From an uncultured Pelagibacteraceae bacterium (GTDB lineage: Bacteria; Pseudomonadota; Alphaproteobacteria; Pelagibacterales; Pelagibacteraceae), in the NCBI GenBank assembly GCA_902541285.1, contig CACBQD010000006.1, forward strand, positions 1 to 32,000: DNA of 32,000 bases, in the 5' to 3' direction. Positions 8,719 through 16,164 of this stretch are shown here, one piece after another (position 1 is the first letter of the stretch; the number at the start of each line of letters is the position of its first letter). The position numbers were made by a program, and so were the translations under genes. The notes beneath the pieces were generated by a model. That model was not told the DNA's origin. It was given only the letters and a program-made list of their open reading frames with translations, and did no database searches.

Positions 8719-9822
8719 ATGATCAATTCTATTGAGGATATAAAAAAATTCATTAACGACAAAAAACATAAAAAAATATTTGTTTTGTGTGGAAAAAAAT
8801 CTTATGAAACCTCTGGTGCAAAAGAACTTTTTAAAGCAATGCTTTCTGAGAAAGAAATTAATATTTTTTACAAAAAATCCGAATTACCTATTCTTAAAGA
8901 ACTGATAGAAATTATTATAAATGTAAAAAATTTTAAACCAGATTTAATTTTAGCAGTTGGTGGTGGGGCGATTATTGATTATGCTAAAATAGCAAATGTC
9001 GTCGATGTAAGACCTGATCTTGCAGAACTAATAAAAAATTATGTATATCCATTTAAAAAAAAATATACAAAACTAGCAGTAATCCCAACTACTGCAGGAT
9101 CTGGAGCTGAGGTTACTTCAAATGCAGTAATTTATGTAGATGGAATTAAACATTCTTTTGAAAGTGAGTTATTAATACCAGATAATTTTTTTTTAATCCC
9201 AGAATTTTTAATTTCTGCACCAAAAAAAATTAAAGCATCAGCCGGGTTTGATGCTATCGCACAAGCTTTAGAATCATTGATTTCAAAAAAATCAAATTCT
9301 AAAAGTGTCGAATATGCAACAAAATCCTTAGAAATCTCAACGAAGAGTTTTATATCATTTTTAGACAATCCAAATAAAATAAACGCTACTGAAATGAGTA
9401 TAGCATCTAATTTGGCAGGAAAGGCGATTAGCATATCTAAAACAACTGCTCCACATGCAACATCATATCCATTTACATCTTTATTTCAAATTAGCCACGG
9501 TCATGCAGTAAGTCTTTTTTTTGAAAATTTTTTTAAATTTAATTTTGATAATTTAGAAAGATCAGAAACAAAATTTGACTTAAAAAAAAGGTTTGATTTA
9601 ATTTTCAGAATTTTTGAAGTAAAAAATATTGAAAATTTTACATCAAAAATTTCATCAATAAAAAAAAAAGCAAATCTTGAAGATAATTTGCTCAATTTAA
9701 ATATTAATTTAAAAAATAATTCTGAAGAAATAATAAAAGGCATAAATTTATTAAGATTAGGAAATAATCCAATAAAAATAGATGGAAAAGATATCTATGA
9801 CATAATTAAAAAAAATAATTAG
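8719..9822 (+). CDS. Group III iron-containing alcohol dehydrogenase, probable phosphonoacetaldehyde reductase (forms 2-hydroxyethylphosphonate)
   Basis: 367 aa. It has GGGAIIDYAK (the GGGSxxD nucleotide motif), PTTAGSGAEVT and His-rich metal motifs (APHATSYPF, SHGHAVS). It starts on the base after the ppd stop. Confidence 0.7.
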   Translation: MINSIEDIKKFINDKKHKKIFVLCGKKSYETSGAKELFKAMLSEKEINIFYKKSELPILKELIEIIINVKNFKPDLILAVGGGAIIDYAKIANVVDVRPDLAELIKNYVYPFKKKYTKLAVIPTTAGSGAEVTSNAVIYVDGIKHSFESELLIPDNFFLIPEFLISAPKKIKASAGFDAIAQALESLISKKSNSKSVEYATKSLEISTKSFISFLDNPNKINATEMSIASNLAGKAISISKTTAPHATSYPFTSLFQISHGHAVSLFFENFFKFNFDNLERSETKFDLKKRFDLIFRIFEVKNIENFTSKISSIKKKANLEDNLLNLNINLKNNSEEIIKGINLLRLGNNPIKIDGKDIYDIIKKNN

Positions 9823-9892
9823 GAGATGTCTGTAAATTTGAAATATATAAGTATAATATCTTTTAATTATTAAAAAATAAATTTTGAAATAT

Positions 9893-10672
9893 ATGAAATG
9901 TGTAATATTAGCAGGTGGACTCGGTACTAGATTATTTGAAGAGACACAAACTAAGCCTAAAGCTTTAGTAGAAGTAGGTGGCAAAACATTAATAGAGCAC
10001 ATCATAGATCAATTTTCTAAACATGGAATTAATGATTTTATTGTATGTCTCGGTTATAAGGGAAATCTTATAAAAAAATATTTTGTTGATTATTATAACA
10101 ATAATTTAGATTTTTCGATAGATTTTTCAAAAAACAAATTTTTTTTTGAAAAAAAGTTTAACAGAAAATGGAAAATAACTTTTGTAAATACAGGTCTAGA
10201 TACAGGAACCGCAGGCAGAATTAAGCTAATAAAAAATTATTTGAAAAATGAAAAATCTTTTTTTCTTACATATAGTGATGGGGTATCAAATATAAACTTA
10301 AAAAAACTCCTTAAATCCCACATTAAAAGTAAAAAAAAAGTTACAATGTGTGTGACCAGACCAAAAAATAGATATGGAATTGCTAACATAAAAAAAAACA
10401 TTCTTGTATCATTTAATGAAAAAAAAAGAGTCGATAAAAATAATAACTGGATAAATGCTGGTTTCTTCGTGTTAAATACAAATGTAATTAGTCAATTAAG
10501 TAGTGTTAAGGAATATTTTGAGGCCGAGCCACTCTCTCAACTTATAAAAAAAAATAACGTATCTATTTATAGACACAATGACTTTTGGAGATCTATTGAT
10601 ACTTTAAAAGATAAAACTGAGTTGGAAAAAATATGGAAAAAATATAAAACTTGGGATTTAAAGGGAATATAA
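9893..10672 (+). CDS. rfbF: Glucose-1-phosphate cytidylyltransferase
   Basis: MKCVILAGGLGTRLFEETQTKPKALVEVGGKTLIEHI...DFIVCLGYKG is nearly collinear with Salmonella RfbF/DdhA. I prefer the ATG at 9893 to the TTG at 9884 given in the ORF track. Confidence 0.8.
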   Translation: MKCVILAGGLGTRLFEETQTKPKALVEVGGKTLIEHIIDQFSKHGINDFIVCLGYKGNLIKKYFVDYYNNNLDFSIDFSKNKFFFEKKFNRKWKITFVNTGLDTGTAGRIKLIKNYLKNEKSFFLTYSDGVSNINLKKLLKSHIKSKKKVTMCVTRPKNRYGIANIKKNILVSFNEKKRVDKNNNWINAGFFVLNTNVISQLSSVKEYFEAEPLSQLIKKNNVSIYRHNDFWRSIDTLKDKTELEKIWKKYKTWDLKGI

Positions 10673-10677
10673 CTTTT

Positions 10678-11319
10678 TTATGACCTAAGATATGTATAAA
10701 TTAGTAAAATAAAATAATAGAGCAGAGTATAGACGCTCATCAACAGAAGATACTCCTTGTGAAGGTTTAAAATTATAAAGCATGATCCCCAAAATAACAT
10801 ATTTGTTCTTGTAAATATAAAATATTCAATTAATTTAAAAAAAGTACTCTTTCTTAAATTGTTTTGATCAAATTTAGGTAAAAAAACTATCATAGAAAAA
10901 TAAATATTATCTATACAAAATCTAAAACTAATAAAAATAAGTCCACAAATTAAAAAATAAATATTATTCTCGAATATATAATTTGAGGATATAATTGCTA
11001 AAATAAAAAAATTATCTGCAAGCCTATCTAATGTACAATCCAAATGAGCACCAAACGAAGACTGCAATTTTTTTTTAATTGCTAGATCTCCATCAGCACA
11101 ATCAAAAATAAGAGATAAATTTATTAAAATAAAACTAATTAAATTAAAATAATTATTTCCTTTAAAAATAATAAATGGCAGAGAAACAACTATTAAAAAA
11201 AATGATAAATAAGAAAGGTTATTTGGAGTTATTTTAGTATTTATTATTTTATTAACAATATATCTTGAAAAAATTCTATAAATTTTTTCTATACCTATAT
11301 CAGACCTTACCGCACTCAT
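10678..11319 (-). CDS. CDP-alcohol phosphatidyltransferase-family integral membrane transferase
   Basis: 213 aa with several hydrophobic helices. DCADGDLAIKKKLQSSFGAHLDCTLDRLAD fits D-x2-DG-x2-A(R)-x8-G-x3-D-x3-D, with Ile in place of the usual Arg. Confidence 0.75.
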   Translation of the reverse strand: MSAVRSDIGIEKIYRIFSRYIVNKIINTKITPNNLSYLSFFLIVVSLPFIIFKGNNYFNLISFILINLSLIFDCADGDLAIKKKLQSSFGAHLDCTLDRLADNFFILAIISSNYIFENNIYFLICGLIFISFRFCIDNIYFSMIVFLPKFDQNNLRKSTFFKLIEYFIFTRTNMLFWGSCFIILNLHKEYLLLMSVYTLLYYFILLIYTYLRS

Positions 11320-11339
11320 ATTTTTAATTTTTAAAAAAA

Positions 11340-12275
11340 TTATTCAATACTTTTTATAATTATTGTTTTATCAAATTTTTTTAATTGATTATAAATTTTT
11401 CCAACGTATTCTCCAATAATACCAATAAAAATACTGTTTAAAGCAAGTATTATCAGCATCAGAAAAACTAAAGTTGTAAAGCCTTGAGGACTACTAGCAG
11501 GGTCAAAAATTTTTTGAATAAAATAATAAATTAATCCTACTACAGAAAAAAAGGAAATCATTAATCCAAACAATGTAGCCATTCTTAGCGGGGCTATAGT
11601 ATGATTTGTAATATTTTTAAATGATTCCATTATATATTTAAAAAAATTAAATTTAGTCTTTCCAGCTTTTCTTTCCTCTCTTACATGCTCTATTCCATAA
11701 TTCTTAAAACCTAAAGAGTAAATAAATCCCCTTAAATAAGTGTCACGTTCATCCATAGATTTAATTATTTTGATAATTTTTTCATCAATTAACGAGAAAT
11801 CTCCAACATCATTTTTTAACTCAGAATGACTTAAAAAATTAATAGTTCTATAGAAAGCTTTTCTTAAATTTTTTATTATAAAATTTTCTTTTCTATTTTT
11901 TCTAATTCCATAAACATAATCATACCCTTCTTCCCATTTTTTTATGAATTCTTCAATCAATTCTGGAGGATCTTGTAAGTCGCAGTCTAATTGAATAGCT
12001 GCTGATCCGTTTGCTAATTTATATGCGTTTATTAATGATCTTTCTTTTCCTATATTATTTGAGAATGAAAAACATTTTACATTTTTATCAGTCAAGTTTA
12101 TTTTTTTTATAATTTCAAAACTATTATCTGAACTGTTATTATCTGTGAATATAATTTCATACTTATAAACTTTACTATATTTAACAAAAATATTTTTTAT
12201 TTTTTCATAAATTGATTTAATATTTTCTTCTTCGTTTAAGATAGGTATACAAATACTAATTATTTTTTTTTCCAT
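11340..12275 (-). CDS. GT2 polyprenyl-phosphate glycosyltransferase (ArnC/GtrB/DPM-synthase-like) with C-terminal membrane helices
   Basis: 311 aa. Motifs are ISICIPILNEEENI, IIFTDNNSSDNS, QLDCDLQDPPE, GIRKNRKE and VGDFSLID. Two C-terminal TM segments end in IGIIGEYVGKIY, which is typical of this subfamily. Confidence 0.8.
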   Translation of the reverse strand: MEKKIISICIPILNEEENIKSIYEKIKNIFVKYSKVYKYEIIFTDNNSSDNSFEIIKKINLTDKNVKCFSFSNNIGKERSLINAYKLANGSAAIQLDCDLQDPPELIEEFIKKWEEGYDYVYGIRKNRKENFIIKNLRKAFYRTINFLSHSELKNDVGDFSLIDEKIIKIIKSMDERDTYLRGFIYSLGFKNYGIEHVREERKAGKTKFNFFKYIMESFKNITNHTIAPLRMATLFGLMISFFSVVGLIYYFIQKIFDPASSPQGFTTLVFLMLIILALNSIFIGIIGEYVGKIYNQLKKFDKTIIIKSIE

Positions 12276-12319
12276 CTGGACAATATATAATTTTTTTAGA
12301 AGATATAAAAAGTAATTAA

Positions 12320-13228
12320 TTATTTTTTTCTAATCAAATATTCTATGTAAAAAAACACTCCCATTATAGCTGATGGAATACCTCTGCTTATAAAGAATAT
12401 TGAAATCAATATAATTTCCTCAGGAGACAATAATTTGCTAAAAATTAATAGGATAAAAAACTCTCTAAAACCAATACCATTATAAGTTATGGGTATAAAT
12501 CCAATTAGTGATATTAAGCTTACAAATGAAATGATTTTAAAAAATGAAAAATTATCAACTTCTAAAAATTTAACAAAAATATAGAAGTGAACAAAAGTTA
12601 AGAAAATAAATATTATATTTATAAATAAAATAACATGAAAATTTTTATTATTTTTTGTATATTTTAAAAATATTTTTCCCAATTTATATAATATGTTAAC
12701 TTTTATTAAGTTAAATAAATACTGAATATTTTTTAAAATTAAAAAATAGACCAAAACAAATAATATTGTTAAAAGTATGTAGGTTAACTTAATCTCATTT
12801 AAATAAAAAATAATGAAAATAGATAAAAAAACATAAACAGTTATCTCAAAAAACTTATCGACAATCATTATTTCTAAATTTTTTAAATAATTGATTTTAA
12901 AAAATTTCTTTAATAAATAAATTTTTTTTACTTCCCCTAATTTAAAAGGTAATATAAAATTTAAAAAACTTGAGATAAAAAATATTTTTAAAAGTTTTTG
13001 TTCTTTAATTTTTTTTCCTAAGAGTAAGGTAAATTTTTTAACATTTAGTAGTGTTTGGACTATACAAATTATATATGATGAAAAAAAAATATTATTATTT
13101 AGATTTATTAATAAAAGTTGAAATTTATCAAAATCAACTTTTTTAAGAAAAAAAAAAATTAAAATTAAGCTTATAATAAAAATAAAAAACGAAAAAAGAT
13201 TTTTTAGCGATTTAAAATAATAAAACAT
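12320..13228 (-). CDS. Polytopic membrane protein, possibly a flippase-like (LPG-synthase-TM/UPF0104-type) partner of the adjacent GT2
   Basis: 302 aa and almost entirely hydrophobic helices. The assignment rests only on size, topology and position directly downstream of the ArnC-like gene. Confidence 0.4.
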   Translation of the reverse strand: MFYYFKSLKNLFSFFIFIISLILIFFFLKKVDFDKFQLLLINLNNNIFFSSYIICIVQTLLNVKKFTLLLGKKIKEQKLLKIFFISSFLNFILPFKLGEVKKIYLLKKFFKINYLKNLEIMIVDKFFEITVYVFLSIFIIFYLNEIKLTYILLTILFVLVYFLILKNIQYLFNLIKVNILYKLGKIFLKYTKNNKNFHVILFINIIFIFLTFVHFYIFVKFLEVDNFSFFKIISFVSLISLIGFIPITYNGIGFREFFILLIFSKLLSPEEIILISIFFISRGIPSAIMGVFFYIEYLIRKK

Positions 13229-14056
13229 TTAATCTTTGTTAAAATCTCGATTTAAAGACATTTTCAAATAATTTATTAAATCATTACTATTACTTTTTAA
13301 GAAAATTTTTTGAAATGGTAATATAATTTTATTTTCTTCTATAGTATCTTTATTTTTTTTATTAAAAAGAATACTGATATTCTTAATTTTATTTAGATCA
13401 TTAACTTTGATAAATTTTTTATTGCATATACAAATCTTTTTATTGGAGAAATCCCAATTCCTATTACAAAGTTTAAAAATATGTTTTGTTAAATTACTTA
13501 CATTTATAAAATTAAGTTTTAATTTTTTATAGAATATTAATTTTTCATTAGGTTTTTTTATAAGTTTTGTATAAAATTTACTCCTATTATCATTATCTCC
13601 AAAAGTGTTGAAAAGATAAATACCAAGTATCCTCGTAAACTTTTTTCTTTTCGAAATGTAATTTGTAAATTTTTTTTTAGATAAGAGATATGGATATAGT
13701 TTGCTCTTATTTTTTTCATATTCATGAACTGAACCAAAGTAAACAAATTTTTTGATTAAATTTTTTTCACATATTTCAAAAAATTTTTTCGAATATATAT
13801 AATTCACTCTCATACACTTTTTTTTCTCAGAAAGTCCACGCTTATTAGAGAAATAAGTAGCTGCATGTATAACTATATCAGGTTTAAATTTAAAAAAAAT
13901 TTTTTCAATTTTGTTTTCAAATTCTTCTAGAGATAATTTTGTACAATTTTTGAAAAAAATTTTTTTAATTTTAGATTTTTTGAGAAATCTAGTGTATATA
14001 TTCTTTCCAATGAAACCTCTTTGTCCCGTTATTAATACATTCATTAAAAAATACAT
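13229..14056 (-). CDS. NAD(P)-dependent sugar epimerase/reductase (extended SDR)
   Basis: 275 aa. It has the Rossmann motif NVLITGQRGFIGKNI and YxxxK (YLLSK). The start may be Met5 (14044), which places GxxGxxG at the usual distance. Confidence 0.65.
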   Translation of the reverse strand: MYFLMNVLITGQRGFIGKNIYTRFLKKSKIKKIFFKNCTKLSLEEFENKIEKIFFKFKPDIVIHAATYFSNKRGLSEKKKCMRVNYIYSKKFFEICEKNLIKKFVYFGSVHEYEKNKSKLYPYLLSKKKFTNYISKRKKFTRILGIYLFNTFGDNDNRSKFYTKLIKKPNEKLIFYKKLKLNFINVSNLTKHIFKLCNRNWDFSNKKICICNKKFIKVNDLNKIKNISILFNKKNKDTIEENKIILPFQKIFLKSNSNDLINYLKMSLNRDFNKD

Positions 14057-14058
14057 AT

Positions 14059-14799
14059 ATGAAAAAGAAAATAATTTCTAGAAAACAGTTTTTTAAAAAC
14101 TCTGAACTTTATAAAAAAAAAATGTCAAACAACTCTAAAGTTCAAAAATTAGCAAATCAGCTAATTGTTCATTCCGATAGAAATAATTGGTCATACCAAC
14201 ACACTTGGATGAATGAACCAATGCTACAGACTCCTGAAGATATTATTAAAATCCAAGAAATTATATTTAAATACAAACCAACAATAATTTTTGAAATTGG
14301 TATCGCTTGGGGTGGTATGTTACTTTATTTGGATACAATTAAAGAAAAAGCTAATATTAAAAAAATTATTGGTGTTGATATTTTTATTCCAAAAGATTTA
14401 AGAGATAGACTAAATAAAAAAAAATCAAATTCTGTCCAAATTATAAAAACATCTTCTATCGACGAAAAATTGACAAAAAAATTTAAAAAAATTAAAGGTA
14501 ATAATAAATGCTTAGTTCATTTAGACTCAAATCATACTGAGGAGCATGTTTTAAACGAATTAAGATTTTATGATAAAATTTTAAATAAAAATGATCTAAT
14601 AATCGTTGGAGATACTGTAATAAATTATATTCCAATCCAAAAACATAGAATACGAGAATGGAATAAAAAAAAAAATCCTAAAACAGCATTGGATAAGTTT
14701 TTAAAAGAAAATAAGAATTACAAAATAATAAAAAATTTATCATTTAACTTACTTTTAACTAATAATAAATTTGGTCACATAATAAAAACTAGAAATTAA
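14059..14799 (+). CDS. CmcI/cephalosporin-hydroxylase-family SAM-dependent (sugar O-)methyltransferase
   Basis: 246 aa. YQHTWMNEPMLQTPEDIIKIQEIIFKYKPTIIFEIGIAWGG and HLDSNHTEEHV match the CmcI-type class I methyltransferase pattern. Confidence 0.6.
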   Translation: MKKKIISRKQFFKNSELYKKKMSNNSKVQKLANQLIVHSDRNNWSYQHTWMNEPMLQTPEDIIKIQEIIFKYKPTIIFEIGIAWGGMLLYLDTIKEKANIKKIIGVDIFIPKDLRDRLNKKKSNSVQIIKTSSIDEKLTKKFKKIKGNNKCLVHLDSNHTEEHVLNELRFYDKILNKNDLIIVGDTVINYIPIQKHRIREWNKKKNPKTALDKFLKENKNYKIIKNLSFNLLLTNNKFGHIIKTRN

Positions 14800-14854
14800 A
14801 AATAAAAAATTAAAAATATTTGAAAATAATTAATAAAACAGATTTTAAATTAAT

Positions 14855-15784
14855 ATGAATAAAATAGTAATTACTGGTGGACTAGGTCATATCGGAACAT
14901 CTTTAATACCCAAACTTTTATATAATAAAAAGAATAAAGTTGTAGTTATAGATAATTTGAGTACTTCAACGATAAATATTTTTTTCAAATTTCTAGAAAG
15001 AAAATATTTTAATAGATTGAACTTTATTAAAATTGATTTAAGTAAAAAATTTAAACCTGATATTTTTAAAAAATCGAATATAGTAATTCATTTATCGGGA
15101 TATACTGATCAAGAAAAAAGCTTTGATAAATCAGTTAATATTATAGAAAATAATTTTGGCTCTACAAAAAATATTGTATTAGCTTGCAAAAAATATAATA
15201 TTCCACTAATTTTTCCTTCAACAACCAGCTTATATACGCCAAGAAAAAAAAAAGATGTATTTCTAACTGAGGAAAGTACAGAATTATTCCCAAAAACACC
15301 ATATGCAAAATGTAAATTAAAAGAAGAAAATTATATAAAAAAAAAAATAAATAAATTTTTGATTTTAAGGCTAGCCACAGTTGTAGGATATTCTGAAGGT
15401 ATGAAATTTCATACAGTGGTAAATAAATTTTGTTTATATTCTAAATTAAACAAAAAACTTCCTGTATGGAGTACTGCATATAACCAGGTTAGACCTTATC
15501 TTTCTATAGAAGAGCTTGTTGAAAATATTTTGTTCTTTATAAAAAATAATTCAGTTCAAATAGACGGTAGAACTATAAACCTTTTAACTGAAAATCTATC
15601 TACTAAAGAAATAATTGACAAAATAAAAAAATTTATTCCTGCAAAAATAAAAATTATTAATTCAAAGTCTATGAATAAAACAAGTTTTGAATTAAAGAAA
15701 AATTTTTATGGAACTAACACAAATAAAAAATTTACTATAGAAAAATCTATTAAAAATTTGATTAAAATGCTAAATTTTATCTAA
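14855..15784 (+). CDS. NAD(P)-dependent sugar epimerase/dehydratase/reductase (extended SDR)
   Basis: 309 aa. It has KIVITGGLGHIGTSL (GxxGxxG) and YAKCK (YxxxK). Its 3' end overlaps the convergent fdtA-like gene by 15 bp. Confidence 0.65.
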   Translation: MNKIVITGGLGHIGTSLIPKLLYNKKNKVVVIDNLSTSTINIFFKFLERKYFNRLNFIKIDLSKKFKPDIFKKSNIVIHLSGYTDQEKSFDKSVNIIENNFGSTKNIVLACKKYNIPLIFPSTTSLYTPRKKKDVFLTEESTELFPKTPYAKCKLKEENYIKKKINKFLILRLATVVGYSEGMKFHTVVNKFCLYSKLNKKLPVWSTAYNQVRPYLSIEELVENILFFIKNNSVQIDGRTINLLTENLSTKEIIDKIKKFIPAKIKIINSKSMNKTSFELKKNFYGTNTNKKFTIEKSIKNLIKMLNFI

Positions 15785-16147
15785 ACTATAAAAATAATCC
15801 TTTTTATCAAAATCTTTATCACATAAAACAAGCAATTCAGAGTTATATTTTTTAAACTTGATACGTATCCAATTCTTCTTTGGCACAAATATTGAGTCAT
15901 ATTTTTTTAGTATGAAATTTTTTTTACTTATTTTATTTTCAACTTCTAACGTAATTGAGTCACATAGAGATAGAAATATTTGGTTACAATTTTTGTGTCC
16001 ATGCTCACCTCTTATAAGTTTTTTATCTGATTTAATTAAAAAAAATCTTTTTAAATTAAAATTTTTTAAAATATTTTTGTTAAGAATTAATGTACCTTTG
16101 TCATTAATTATTTTTTTTTTTTTTAATCGTTTTGTTTTTTTAATCAT
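15770..16147 (-). CDS. FdtA/QdtA/WxcM-like cupin, NDP-4-keto-6-deoxyhexose 3,4-ketoisomerase
   Basis: 125 aa. It has DKGTL, RGEHGHKNCNQIF (the RGxHAHK..Q core), WIRIKF and ELLVLCDKDFDKKDYF, which is the typical C-terminal block. Confidence 0.7.
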   Translation of the reverse strand: MIKKTKRLKKKKIINDKGTLILNKNILKNFNLKRFFLIKSDKKLIRGEHGHKNCNQIFLSLCDSITLEVENKISKKNFILKKYDSIFVPKKNWIRIKFKKYNSELLVLCDKDFDKKDYFYSLDKI

Positions 16148-16164
16148 CTGATATAAAATAATTT

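Noticed and set aside
9884-9892. The TTG start proposed by the ORF track for rfbF (MKYMKCV...).
   Set aside because: An ATG at 9893 gives MKCVILAGGLGTRL, the canonical RfbF N-terminus with the nucleotide-binding loop at the usual distance. The upstream TTG adds three residues with no support.
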